A stretch of 64,000 nt of DNA from an uncultured Methanoregulaceae archaeon (GCA_963701095.1 OY969564.1:2496001-2560000), one strand, 5' to 3'. Numbered from the stretch's first letter, positions 32,801-42,434 are shown. Translations and numbers: made by a program. Notes: a model not told the origin generated them from the sequence alone.

Positions 32801-33990
32801 TCAGGAAAGCAGATGGTACCTATATCTGGGTCGATTCCATCGGAGTGAACCTGTTTGGCGTTCCCGGAATAGATGGCATTGTAATCACAACAAGACCGAT
32901 TGAAGAACGCAAGGAAATGGAGCGATCCCTGCAGGAGAGTGAGGAACGTTTCCGTGACATTTTCAACCTTTCACCAGTTGGGATCGCTCTCACAGATGAG
33001 GTCGGGAATATCCTCGAGATGAACGATGCCATGCTGGATACATTCGGGTATTCCCCGGGAGAGGTTCGGAGGATGAATACTCTCGAATTATATGCACTAC
33101 CTGATGAGAGGCGGAATGTAATTGAGATTGTACTCGCCAAAGGTCAGATTCTTGATTATGAGGTCCTTTTAAAGCGTGCTGACGGTAGTACCTTCCCGGG
33201 AATTCTTAATGCTACCCGAATATTACGTAAAGGGAAAATATTACTTCAGTCATCCATTATCGACATCTCTGATCGTAAAATGATGGAAGAGGAGATCCGT
33301 TCATTAAACAGGGCTCTCGAACAGAGAGTTCGACAGCGTACAAACGACCTCAATGCATCACTTGCAGAAAAGGAAATCCTGCTCCGCGAGATCCACCACC
33401 GGGTAAAGAACAATCTCCAGATCATTATTAGCATCCTCCGGCTTCAGAAACGTCAGATAACAGATCCCAGGACCTTGGAAATTCTTCTCGACTGTGAAAG
33501 CCGGGTGAGATCCATGGCATTAGTTCATGAGAAACTCTACCGTTCAGCTGATTTGGCACACATCGATATCGGGGACTACCTCAGGACCCTTACCAATTAC
33601 CTTTTCACCACATATTCGATCGATCAGAAACAGGTGACTTTTCATGTAGAAATTACGACCCTTGCACTTGATATTAACCGTGCAATACCGGTAGGTCTTA
33701 TCCTGAATGAGCTTGTTTCCAATTCGCTCAAACATGCATTTCCTGAGGGAAGAAATGGGAAGATTGAGATAACGGGAGGGCAGGAGGAAGAAAATATAGT
33801 GATATCCATCCAAGATAACGGCATCGGGATTCCGGTAGATTTTGACTGGAGACACACGCTCTCATTGGGGATGCATTTAATTATGACCCTTGTCGAACAG
33901 GTTAATGGAACAATTGAACTTACTGATAGAAATGAAGGAACACATTTTACCATCCGGATTCCCCGGGATTCCAGAATAGGGGGACGATGA
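29812..33990 (+). CDS. Receiver + ~8 PAS + HisKA_2 histidine kinase
   Basis: Receiver, repeated PAS/PAC units, EIHHRVKNNLQ, DNGIG. Confidence 0.93.
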   Translation: MKTPPQKKQRKRRSPSLPNNKPLHFLIVEDEPSHAELIRRGLLSYDNPYRLTVTTSLAGARDLISTDPPDLIILDWLLPDGKGEELLPENPDSILFPVIVMTSYGDNKLAAQILQRGAIDYLVKGKPFFDDLPHIAERALQTWKNLQSQKILEGKLIAQESVLRALVNNPADSIVLLDSDGTILDLNTTMVDHLGMHTSALIGTCIFDYFPKNLASSRRRHIKTVFETGTVARFDDERDGRWYDNILQPVLNNTGKVSQIVIIGRDISERKQVGEALKKSEERYRILVENVQEVVFMMTSDLKFTFVNRATEDMTGYSADEMTGRSILEILTPQSAMIVQKRLDMRNEEANHHIKGASTTFEIEIQKKNGDIIQAEVSSNPIITPRGTLAGFRGIVRDVSERKRVDERHRTYETRLNTAMEIGNMAWWEMDLPGGEVRFDDRKAAMLGYPSDRFHHYSDFTALLHPNDFEPTMQAMRDHLCGNLERYCADYRIRTADGKFRWLRDVGGITKWHTDGTPATVTGIVIDITAGKHAEEALYESEERYRTLVEELPDLVIVQRQGELVYVNAAVLRLLGNSGVNVIHTSIFDYIMPESRETIVKAMETRGGGRNPLPYVVKITVPDGSIRWVEIRGADIMYEGLPATLNVLTDVTEKKWAEEAIFASEQKFRTLADYTFDWEYWIGPDEKYIYITPSCERITGFTPDEFYYNKNLLDDLIVPEDRDKFRTHNNQETNLPDPGFIEFRIRTKEDNIIWIGHICHPIYNADGKYLGRRGSNRDITQRKMAEEALHQEEAKYRRIYETAFEGIWGLDEGFHIQFVNPMMARLLGYSIEEIIGHHVSEFIVPEDKGDAEQHFELRKKGLKEQFERRYKRKDGSIITLLVSASPIIGDDRKFKGSFAMFTDITDRKQAEEALRESETRFRLLIQNASDMIRILGHDRKIVYESPSSEPILGYPTGTLIGKNPLEYIHPDDRERVKSDFQRVIERKNLGIPTEFRIRKADGTYIWVDSIGVNLFGVPGIDGIVITTRPIEERKEMERSLQESEERFRDIFNLSPVGIALTDEVGNILEMNDAMLDTFGYSPGEVRRMNTLELYALPDERRNVIEIVLAKGQILDYEVLLKRADGSTFPGILNATRILRKGKILLQSSIIDISDRKMMEEEIRSLNRALEQRVRQRTNDLNASLAEKEILLREIHHRVKNNLQIIISILRLQKRQITDPRTLEILLDCESRVRSMALVHEKLYRSADLAHIDIGDYLRTLTNYLFTTYSIDQKQVTFHVEITTLALDINRAIPVGLILNELVSNSLKHAFPEGRNGKIEITGGQEEENIVISIQDNGIGIPVDFDWRHTLSLGMHLIMTLVEQVNGTIELTDRNEGTHFTIRIPRDSRIGGR

Positions 33991-34937
33991 CGAAGGCACG
34001 GATACTTATCGTGGAAGATGAACTGATCGTTGCTGAAGATCTTCGCACTACTCTTGTTTCCCTTGGCTATGATGTCGTCGGAATTGCCGGATCTGGCGAG
34101 CGTGCCATTGAACTCGCCGAGGAAAAAGAACCTGAAATCATTCTCATGGATATTATGCTCAGCGGAAATCTGGATGGCATTGCAACAGCGGGCAGGATCC
34201 AGACAAAACATGCTATCCCGGTAATCTATGTTACTGCATATGCCGATGAAGCTTTGATTGCCCGGGCCAAAATGACAGAGCCCTTCGGTTATATCGTTAA
34301 ACCATTTAATGAACGGGAGATCCAGTCAAATATCGAGATTGCACTCTACCGGCACAAAATGGAACAGGAGATTAAAAAACGCGACGCGATCCTGCTTGCA
34401 ATCGGTTCAGGCATCGAATGGTTCCTCAGGGAGTTCGCCAGCTGCCATAGCATTCTCCCCAAAAAAAGTGATCGCACTTCCAATCTACCGGAGTATTATC
34501 CTATCCTCGAAAGCATCGGAAGTGCCATGAACCTTTACCGGATTGCCGTTTTCCACTATGAAACTCAAGATGAGAATGCCATAACGATGAAAGAGGAATG
34601 GACGTCCCAAGGCTATTCCTCACTGTTAGATACTCCCTTTATTGAAAAGATCAATCCAATCCGGTTTGGGCTTGGATCGCAGCTTCCAGAACTGAAACGC
34701 GGGAATGCAATTAAGCTCAATATTAATGATTTCGAATCAACTATCCGGGATACATTCGAGCGGTACTGTTTTGCAAGCATGGTGGTTTTTGAAGTTCAGG
34801 CAAACGAGATACCCTATGGCCTGATCTTCTTTGTGGATGCAGAGGATCGTACCTGGTCGTCAGAAGAACTTGAGGCCATGCGAATCGCAACAAACATCAT
34901 AGGAAGTGCCATTGGACTTTCTGCAAAACGTAACTAA
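33987..34937 (+). CDS. Receiver + GAF-like protein
   Basis: Receiver motifs; C-terminal GLIFFVD...RTWSSEELEAM...IGSA GAF-like ending. Confidence 0.85.
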   Translation: MTKARILIVEDELIVAEDLRTTLVSLGYDVVGIAGSGERAIELAEEKEPEIILMDIMLSGNLDGIATAGRIQTKHAIPVIYVTAYADEALIARAKMTEPFGYIVKPFNEREIQSNIEIALYRHKMEQEIKKRDAILLAIGSGIEWFLREFASCHSILPKKSDRTSNLPEYYPILESIGSAMNLYRIAVFHYETQDENAITMKEEWTSQGYSSLLDTPFIEKINPIRFGLGSQLPELKRGNAIKLNINDFESTIRDTFERYCFASMVVFEVQANEIPYGLIFFVDAEDRTWSSEELEAMRIATNIIGSAIGLSAKRN

Positions 34938-34982
34938 AATACTATCTATAATATAATATACATAATAATTTAGAAGATAACC

Positions 34983-35387
34983 ATGGAAACGATTGTAATT
35001 GTTGATGATGACCCTGACATTGTTGAAGTCTTTTCGCAGATGCTATTAGTATTCGGATTTCATTCCTACTCCTTTACCAATCCAGTCGAGGCACTTGAAC
35101 ATATCCCTGGGGAAGAACCACTCCCTTCACTCATTTTGCTCGACCTGATGATGACCCCGATAACCGGGCTTCAGTTCTTGGAAGAACGAAGAAAAAATGA
35201 GATTCTGAAAGCGATCCCGGTCTTCATCATATCAGCATGGGATCTTCCTGATGATGATCGCAAACGATTTGGCTCAGAAATTGCCTCCGTGCTCAGAAAA
35301 CCCATCACTCCAAAAGATCTAGTTGAGAAAATTGGTACTGAATTGGATCGGAGAATCGGGAATAGATCCGAGTTAGACGCCCAATAA
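34983..35387 (+). CDS. Single-domain response regulator
   Basis: IVIVDDD, ILLDLMM, IISA, LRKP. Confidence 0.9.
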   Translation: METIVIVDDDPDIVEVFSQMLLVFGFHSYSFTNPVEALEHIPGEEPLPSLILLDLMMTPITGLQFLEERRKNEILKAIPVFIISAWDLPDDDRKRFGSEIASVLRKPITPKDLVEKIGTELDRRIGNRSELDAQ

Positions 35388-35491
35388 CCGGTTCTGGGCT
35401 ATTACGTTTTTACATCGTTTCTTAGTGAGGAAGAAGTCCCGGTTCCTATCGAAAAAAGAGAGAAACAGACCTTTTCTTAAAGGTTCTGCAG

Positions 35492-36043
35492 TCATCCTGT
35501 GTCAACTACATTGTCGACAAACGTGGTAAGTTGTGACATCAGCATGGGATCGAGTCCCTTCTCAACAGCCAGAAATACTCCTGAAACATCCATAAGCCTG
35601 AGTTTGTTGGTTACAAAATGGATAAATTTCGAGATATTAGCTGATGAAAGATAGATCAACATTGTACTAACTGAGTCATACATAATGCAAACTTTCTTCC
35701 CGGACTGCTCCTTAAGCACTTCAGTAACCGCGATACCAAGATCTGTAAGGTTCGCCGGATTATTGATAAATCTCACAACCCCGTGTATATTCTCGGCGCT
35801 TCCGACAGAGTTGCGGGTTACAGCATCGATGAATGAAACGTGATCAAGGGGAATACCGTGCTGGGCATACATCTTGGTGAGCACGCTGTAAGGAAAATTT
35901 GTAGTAATGACAACCGTATGATACCCCAAGCCAGAAATTTCCTTGATAATATCAGTGTTGCGCTGACGGATCGTACCTGGTGTTGCCAGAATCAGGAAGA
36001 TCTTTTTCTGTTCGATTTCCTTAGGGTCAATATAGTCTGGCAT
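35492..36043 (-). CDS. Inactive KaiC/RecA-fold protein (DUF835/DUF7504-like)
   Basis: Start moved to MPDYIDP; FIDAV, P.NLTDLGIA, DSVSTMLIY, KFIHFVTNKLR; no intact Walker A. Confidence 0.7.
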   Translation of the reverse strand: MPDYIDPKEIEQKKIFLILATPGTIRQRNTDIIKEISGLGYHTVVITTNFPYSVLTKMYAQHGIPLDHVSFIDAVTRNSVGSAENIHGVVRFINNPANLTDLGIAVTEVLKEQSGKKVCIMYDSVSTMLIYLSSANISKFIHFVTNKLRLMDVSGVFLAVEKGLDPMLMSQLTTFVDNVVDTG

Positions 36044-36047
36044 CTCA

Positions 36048-37055
36048 TCATCCTTCGAGGAATTTCTTGTACGCTTCTGGGATAGATCGGTTCTTTCCGA
36101 CAATCGCCTTCTGGAACTCCTGAATATTTGCCTCAATCTGGGCGGCATTGCGGGCTTGACTTTCAAAAACTACGATAATTTCATCATGGTTAAGCAGTCC
36201 TTCTTTCATAAGCTGTGCTGATTCAAGGAGTGCATTACTGACGATACCAACCGGCTGCTTCAGCCGCATGGCCATCTCGGTCATATAAGCAATGAGCGCT
36301 TCCTCTGCCCTACGCTGCTCGGTGATGTCTCTTCCAATGGCGATTTCGTAATATATATCACCAGATCCAATCTGCCTGGTGTTCCATGATAGGATCCGCT
36401 GCTCCCCGTTTTTCGTATGAATAGTAGTCTCAAAATTCTCAAAATAATTGCATTTTGAAATGATCCGGGAAATCTTATGAGTTATATCTCGACGGTATTC
36501 AGCGTCCGGATACAGTTTTTTCCAGATGTCTCGACGGCCGACGACTTCGTGATGGGAATACCCGGTGATCATCTCTGCGGCTTTGTTCCAGATCTTGATT
36601 TTTCCTTTGGGATCGAGAACAGCAAGGAGGACATAGGCATTTTCTATGATACTCTCGCGGAATGCCATTGCCTCCCGCTCATTTGTTACATCTATACCGA
36701 CCGCAATACTCCTTGGAGGGCCACCGTCTAAGATCCTTTTGGTATTCCAGAGAATAATGCGAGACTCACCAGAACGCGTACGAATAGTTGTTTCGAGGTT
36801 TTCGAAAAAAATTTTTGTTTTAAGTATACCGTCAATTTTTTGAGTGACAATCTTGCGGTAACCATCATCCGGATAGAGTTTTTTCCATACCGAACTATGA
36901 CCGATTACTTCTTGCTGTATATACCCGGTGATGGTTTCTGCAGCATGATTCCACGATAAGACCTGGCCCTTCTCTCCAAGAACCGCTATTATGACAAGTG
37001 CGTTGTCAAGGATATCAGACTCGGAACAGAATTTTTGATCATTTGTCCTTTCCAT
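36048..37055 (-). CDS. Tandem-PAS protein with His-less DHp-like tail
   Basis: Two closely similar PAS domains; tail EMAMRLKQPV; no ATPase domain. Confidence 0.85.
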   Translation of the reverse strand: MERTNDQKFCSESDILDNALVIIAVLGEKGQVLSWNHAAETITGYIQQEVIGHSSVWKKLYPDDGYRKIVTQKIDGILKTKIFFENLETTIRTRSGESRIILWNTKRILDGGPPRSIAVGIDVTNEREAMAFRESIIENAYVLLAVLDPKGKIKIWNKAAEMITGYSHHEVVGRRDIWKKLYPDAEYRRDITHKISRIISKCNYFENFETTIHTKNGEQRILSWNTRQIGSGDIYYEIAIGRDITEQRRAEEALIAYMTEMAMRLKQPVGIVSNALLESAQLMKEGLLNHDEIIVVFESQARNAAQIEANIQEFQKAIVGKNRSIPEAYKKFLEG

Positions 37056-37279
37056 AAGAATATGCCCCCATCGGCGCCCAATTATTAATTTAAGTTAGAA
37101 TGCTTTCTTCACATATATGAAATAAACAGGTGTGAAGATCCGGTTTGAAAATGCATAAGAATCTCATCAAAAAATTGGCCGGCGCAGTTATGTAACAGGA
37201 GTCAATGAAAATAATTTCGTCGCAATCCATTAAAATCGACTGTTTAAGATCCCGACACCGTGACAGCACCATGTTACCT

Positions 37280-39724
37280 TCAGGTCTGAGGCGCAGAGGC
37301 CAACCGGAATGCCTCCTTCGGTACAACCATTTCGAACCGCGCTCCTCTGCCCTGCTCGCCTGTTTCCCTGATCATTATAGCAGTAATATCAAGAATTTCC
37401 CGGGCAAGGAAGAGGCCCATACCGGTATTTCTTCCAAATCCCTGATCAAAAATTTTTTCCTTTTCATCAACAGGGATACCTAGACCGTCATCTTCGCAGA
37501 AAATGACCCGATTTCCATCGCGGTCTCCAACGGAGAACCGGATGGTTGTGACCCTGCCGCCATGCCGCACTGCATTGTCTATCAGATTGTAAAAGACCTT
37601 GTAGATCAGCGGATCGGCAAACACTTCCTCTGCAGCAGGAAGATCGTTTTTCACGAGGGTATCGCCTAAGAGAATATGCTTTTTTGCAGAATCGACAAGG
37701 ATATGGCAATTTTGCCATGCTGGTTCTGTAATCCCTATCTTTTCGTATTCTTTGGAAAACTGGATCATTGTATTAATACGCTGAGCAGCAAGGGTAACCT
37801 TCTTGAAATATTCATAGGATGAGGGATCCGGCAGTTGATCTTTTAGGAGTGAACTATATGCATTCAAGGTTAAAAGCTGGTTATTGATATCATGCCTGGT
37901 TATACTTGAAAGAAGATTGAGTTTTTTGTTTGCTTTAGAGAGTGCATCGCCAGTCAGTTTCCGCTCGGTGATATCCTCAATTTGGGCAGCAAAATAAAGC
38001 AATGTTCCTTGTCGATCGAGAATGGTAGTGATACGGAGCAATCCCCAGAGGATGCTTCCATCTTTCCTGATGTACCGTTTTTCTGTGCTGTATACCGGAA
38101 TTTTTCCTTCCACAAGATTCTGGATATATTGTAGATCACCGGGAAGATGATTCGGATGCGTGATATCTTTAAAGGAAAGGTCCATAAGTTCTTTTTCCGA
38201 ATATCCGGTCATGGCTATCCAGGCAGGGTTAACTGAAAAATAGTGGTAATCGGGAGTGATGAGCACCATGCCAACAGGACTGTTATGGAATATCTTACGG
38301 TATCGTTCTTCGCTCAGCCGAAGTTCCTGCTGGCTCTTATTCAGTTCATTGTAATTCTGCCGGAGTTCTTCTTCAGTCGCTGTAAGTTGCTCATAAGAAG
38401 CGTTCATTTCTTCGTTCATCGATTTCAGTTTCGCTTCAATTTCCATGCGCTCCGTTGTATCTCTTCCGACAGACTGGTATTCGATAACATGGCCATCAGC
38501 ATCAAAGGTTGCCCGGTCACTCCATTGTTGCCATCGCACCTCCCCGGAGGGCATAATGATCCGGTGGTCTAGAATTCCCACAGGATTCTCCGGGGAGAGG
38601 GCAGAAAGATGATCCTTCATCAAACGCAGATCTTCCGGAGGGATAACTACCGTATGATGAGATCCAATACATAAATTCTTGTCCAGACCAAAATACCGGC
38701 AGTATGCATCATTGACAAAGGTGAGCCTTCCGTCGACGGTAAACCGGCAAATAAATTCTGTCTGGTCTTCAACGACATTCCGGTACCGTTCCTCGCTCAA
38801 CCGTAGTTCCAGCTGGCCTTTGCTCATTTCTTCGTAATTCTGCCGGAGTTCCTCTTCAACTGTGGTCAATTCTTCAAATGCAGCATTGAGTTCCTCATTC
38901 TTGCGAAGCAGTTCATCTTCTGCCCGTTTGCGGTCAGTGATTTCCCGGATCGACTCAATTGCACCGACAACCGTACCCTTGGTATCGTAGAGCTGGGACG
39001 CAATGAACCAGAACGAGGCCCCTTTCCCGTTATTGAAATGAGGGATAGTAACCTCCGAAATGAGATTGTTTTGGTCCCTGATTACATTCTGATATTTTCC
39101 TGTGGTCACCGGGTCATTCTGGAGGACTAGATCGATCAGAACAGGACGCCGCTCACGGTAAAAGGGAAGCGCATATTCAAAATTGCCTTTTCCAAGGATT
39201 TGAGCTGCCCTGATGCCGGTCATCTTCTCCATTGCACGGTTCCATGCTATCACAAACCCGTAAGTGTCAATAGCAAAGGTTGCATCCGGAAGAAAGTTGA
39301 TGATATCGGCCTCTCTGCGCTTAAGATCCCTGATACTGATAACGGCTCTTCTCTGCTGGATCGACTGGCGGACCTTGTGTGCAAGTTCGGCAAACTGCGC
39401 TCTTGGCTCGCCGCCTTTCTGGATATAAAAGTCAGCCCCTTCATTTAATGCCTGAATAACAATCTCTTCCCGCCCTTTTCCTGTAAAAAGAATAAACGGG
39501 ATGGTATTTCCCGAAGATCTTACCATCTTTAAAAATTCTATACCGTCCATCTTTGGCATCTGGTAATCGGAGATGATTGCATCATAGTCACTTGTACTGA
39601 GAAGAGTAAGTGCATCAGGGATCGTTGTGACAATGTCGACGTTGAATTGTCCATTACATTCAAGGTAAAGTTTAGCTATTTCGAGAAGAGCTGGTTCATC
39701 GTCCACATAAAGAATTGTAAACAA
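37280..39724 (-). CDS. Receiver + 3 PAS + histidine kinase
   Basis: ILYVDDE, ISDYQMP; ITRHDINNQL; NLIDNA; EDDGLG; GMGL. Confidence 0.93.
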   Translation of the reverse strand: MFTILYVDDEPALLEIAKLYLECNGQFNVDIVTTIPDALTLLSTSDYDAIISDYQMPKMDGIEFLKMVRSSGNTIPFILFTGKGREEIVIQALNEGADFYIQKGGEPRAQFAELAHKVRQSIQQRRAVISIRDLKRREADIINFLPDATFAIDTYGFVIAWNRAMEKMTGIRAAQILGKGNFEYALPFYRERRPVLIDLVLQNDPVTTGKYQNVIRDQNNLISEVTIPHFNNGKGASFWFIASQLYDTKGTVVGAIESIREITDRKRAEDELLRKNEELNAAFEELTTVEEELRQNYEEMSKGQLELRLSEERYRNVVEDQTEFICRFTVDGRLTFVNDAYCRYFGLDKNLCIGSHHTVVIPPEDLRLMKDHLSALSPENPVGILDHRIIMPSGEVRWQQWSDRATFDADGHVIEYQSVGRDTTERMEIEAKLKSMNEEMNASYEQLTATEEELRQNYNELNKSQQELRLSEERYRKIFHNSPVGMVLITPDYHYFSVNPAWIAMTGYSEKELMDLSFKDITHPNHLPGDLQYIQNLVEGKIPVYSTEKRYIRKDGSILWGLLRITTILDRQGTLLYFAAQIEDITERKLTGDALSKANKKLNLLSSITRHDINNQLLTLNAYSSLLKDQLPDPSSYEYFKKVTLAAQRINTMIQFSKEYEKIGITEPAWQNCHILVDSAKKHILLGDTLVKNDLPAAEEVFADPLIYKVFYNLIDNAVRHGGRVTTIRFSVGDRDGNRVIFCEDDGLGIPVDEKEKIFDQGFGRNTGMGLFLAREILDITAIMIRETGEQGRGARFEMVVPKEAFRLASAPQT

Positions 39725-39903
39725 AATATGACATCCCAGATTGAACAGTAGAGGAATTTTCTTTCTGGAGTTATTATAGATTTTTTTAAATCGATGGCAT
39801 TATAAAATAGATTTATTCAGTTGTTTTTTTGCAAGTCGTTGGGGGAGAATAGTACCAAAATTGTTTGATGGTTTCGCATGCTCGCGAAATTTAAAATGGG
39901 AAA

Positions 39904-39961
39904 TGCGAGGGATGGGATTCGAACCCAAGAACTCCTGCGAGACTAGGCCCTGAACCTAGCG
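39904..39961 (-). pseudogene. 3' part of the split host tRNA-Leu(CAG) gene (left att junction)
   Basis: Reverse complement CGCTAGGTTCAGGGCCTAGTCTCGCAGGAGTTCTTGGGTTCGAATCCCATCCCTCGCA: anticodon arm, variable arm, T arm and 3' acceptor strand; no D arm or 5' strand. Confidence 0.9.
39945..39961. repeat. att core, left copy (17-bp direct repeat)
   Basis: AGGCCCTGAACCTAGCG, identical to 47671-47687; covers the anticodon loop. Confidence 0.9.
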
Positions 39962-40002
39962 GTAAACAAAGGCACTATATCTTATGATGCAGATTAAGGA
40001 TC

Positions 40003-41164
40003 ATGGAAGATGTTTTGACAAAATACAAGCGGCTCGATCCGGTCAATCATCGGTATTTCGTTGATTATCTACGGTACCTCCAGCTTCGTAACATCCGGGA
40101 AACGACGATCACAACGAAACTCTGGAAGATCTACGGATACCTGATCTGGTCAGACTTCCGGGATGCGAAGACAGCACAACCGCAGGATCTCGAAAACTTC
40201 TATCTTCAGCGGAGAAAGGAGCGATCACCCATCACGGCATTTGGCGATATCCAAGAGCTCGCCCTGTTCTTCCGTTGGTTACTCCCGGACCGTGAGCTTG
40301 TCAAGTTCAAACCGCAGAAGCCCCGGGTCGATGTGCCGCCGGAAAAGGTCTTACAATCTGATAATATACGGGGAATACTGGAATACTGCGAGTCCCAGCG
40401 GGATCGTGCCCTGGTTGCCGTGGCATGGGACAGCGCGGCCCGGATCTCCGAGCTTCTCGATATCAATATCGGGCACGTCAACTTTGACCGGTACGGTGCG
40501 GTGATCAGCGTGAGTGGTAAGACCGGGCGCCGGAATATCCGGCTCGTGAGCTCAGGTACCGGACCTTCAAGCCTGGATCAATATCCACCCTCTCAAAGGC
40601 AACCCGGACGCCCCGCTCTTTGTCACCTCCCGGAGGCGTGGGAACACGTCTCTATCCCGGCTCACCGTGCGCCGGGTGCAGAACATCTTTGCCCGGCTGG
40701 GAGATCTTGCAGGTTGTCAAAAGGACACCAATCCCCACGCATTCCGGCACGGGCGTCTTACAATCCGGGGCAAGCAGCTTACCGAGTCCGAGCTCCGGGA
40801 GTATGCCGGATGGTCCAAAGGATCGAGCATGGCCCAGGTCTATGTGCATCTGTCCAGCCGGGATATCGACAATAAGATTCTGGCGGTGGATGGGGTCAAG
40901 CCGGAAGAAGAACCGGAGGCGGACCCGATGGCAGCGCAGATATGCCCCCGGTGCAAGAAATCGAACGCCCCGGACGCAATGTACTGCGACAGATGCAGCA
41001 TGGCCCTTAATGATGAAGCACTGGATAAGATCACCGCTCTACAAAATATCAATGAGGATCCGGACGCTCATGCGGAGTACGCGGTATGGCTGAAGGCTCT
41101 GAAAGACAATCCCGCTGGCCATTACGAGCGCCGGCAAGGCATGCGGAGTACGCGGTATGGCTGA
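40003..41164 (+). CDS. Tyrosine recombinase/integrase with C-terminal zinc ribbon (frameshift near 40553)
   Basis: RDRAL...SAARISELL, GKTG.R, HAFRH, YAGW...MAQVYVH, CPRC...CDRC; removing one G at TCAGGTACC gives LVSSVPDLQAWINIHP. Confidence 0.92.
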
Positions 41165-41177
41165 AGGCTCTGAAAGA
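41069..41177 (+). repeat. Two perfect 38-bp direct repeats separated by 33 bp
   Basis: CATGCGGAGTACGCGGTATGGCTGAAGGCTCTGAAAGA at 41069-41106 and 41140-41177. Confidence 0.9.
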
Positions 41178-41200
41178 GAAGCGGGGTTGATGGGGGATAT

Positions 41201-41782
41201 TCATCGCTTTTTCCGGTAAAATCTCCCGGATTCGTCCAGCTCATATTCCTTTTTAAACTCACGCCGCTCTTCTTCAGTATTCGCTGTTTTATAGACCTCT
41301 TTTCCCTTCTCAAGAACTATAAGCCTCCACGGCCCCTCATATTCGAGATATTCTTCCTTGTTTCGTGGGTGGAGGTCCTCGTATTCTTTTAATAATTTAT
41401 GATTTTTCAACACCTTTCTAGCGTCAAAAATTCTCTTTTCCTGTTCCACCCATTCCCTTGAGAGCGCCTCGCAGGCCATCTTGTACCCTTCTTCATAACT
41501 ACGGAATTCAAAGCGGGTAGGAGCCCCTTCCGGGAGCCGATACGTGGCGAGATTAGTACCTTTCCGGGTTTTCTTTTCAACGAGCCTTTCCTCTACAAGC
41601 TCTTTGAGCAGCCGGAACAGGGTAGCCTCTGGAATATCCGGATGTTTCAGATCCTTGGCCTTGCATCCCGGGTGATCGCGGATGAACGAGAGGATCCGGG
41701 GTATGTAATTTCCAACCTCTCCCCGCCGTCCGTTTTGAAACTTTATATACCGGTTGACCCATTCCAAGTCGATAGTTTCCAT
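41201..41782 (-). CDS. Winged-helix regulator (putative element repressor)
   Basis: ILSFIRDHPG...IPEATLFRLLKELVEERLVEK...TYRL; divergent from the replication operon. Confidence 0.75.
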   Translation of the reverse strand: METIDLEWVNRYIKFQNGRRGEVGNYIPRILSFIRDHPGCKAKDLKHPDIPEATLFRLLKELVEERLVEKKTRKGTNLATYRLPEGAPTRFEFRSYEEGYKMACEALSREWVEQEKRIFDARKVLKNHKLLKEYEDLHPRNKEEYLEYEGPWRLIVLEKGKEVYKTANTEEERREFKKEYELDESGRFYRKKR

Positions 41783-41872
41783 AATTCAACGTCCTTATTA
41801 CTATCACTATGATATTATTTATGAGAGTTAATAACATTATGCCTACATAGAGAAAACCGGAGGAAAGCCTCA

Positions 41873-42019
41873 ATGAGAATTTGTTTAAATCTTCAAAAAG
41901 GACTCGTCGAACGAATCGATAAACAGCGTGGCGACATCCCACGCTCTCGGATTGTCGAACGGGCTCTTATGGAAAAGTATAGTGAAACTCCGGAAAAGGC
42001 AGTCGGGAGTGGTGAGTGA
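41873..42019 (+). CDS. Ribbon-helix-helix (CopG-like) protein, 48 aa
   Basis: Manual ORF MRICLNLQKGLVERIDKQRGDIPRSRIVERALMEKY...; GGAGG upstream; stop overlaps the next start. Confidence 0.75.
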   Translation: MRICLNLQKGLVERIDKQRGDIPRSRIVERALMEKYSETPEKAVGSGE

Positions 42020-42222
42020 TGGTAGCTTCGCAGGCAGTCCAGCACGCCACCCCCGGTTTATCTTTCGATGCAGGATCACAAAAACCCGCGTTTACTCCTA
42101 TCCGAGTACCTCATGCCACCGTTGAAGCATACCGACGATCCGAACCATTGTTCACGGAATTTCTGATTGAATCCGGGCGGGTCATTGTTGAAGGAATGCC
42201 GAACCGGCCGGAGGGGTCCTGA
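42016..42222 (+). CDS. Hypothetical protein
   Basis: Start and stop overlap both neighbours. Confidence 0.55.
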   Translation: MMVASQAVQHATPGLSFDAGSQKPAFTPIRVPHATVEAYRRSEPLFTEFLIESGRVIVEGMPNRPEGS

Positions 42223-42434
42223 TGAAGAAATGTAGCCAGCCCCGGGCAGGGCAGGCCAGAAAAGAATTGGACATGATTAGTTCAACTCGTCCAATATTAA
42301 ACTATTGCCCGGCCTGCTCTAGCGACGGCACTCTCTGTGGATATTATGAGACAGACCGATGCCCGCACCGCGGAGGAGCGTTGGAAGAACTCCATCGGAT
42401 CTTCACTGAAAAGAGGCTGGAGGATGAACCGTGA
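42222..42434 (+). CDS. Small Cys-rich protein
   Basis: CPAC..C...CPH; GGAGG upstream; coupled to the primase start. Confidence 0.55.
   Translation: MKKCSQPRAGQARKELDMISSTRPILNYCPACSSDGTLCGYYETDRCPHRGGALEELHRIFTEKRLEDEP

Noticed and set aside
38340..38860. Direct repeat GTAATTCTGCCGGAGTTC
   Set aside because: It encodes the repeated coiled-coil linker EELRQNY within the kinase
39945..41164. SSV1-type integrase split by integration
   Set aside because: The integrase starts 41 bp inside the element and all catalytic motifs are on one side
41069..41177. Bona fide CRISPR array
   Set aside because: Only two units, inside a coding region, with no leader or cas genes; kept only as a low-ranked finding
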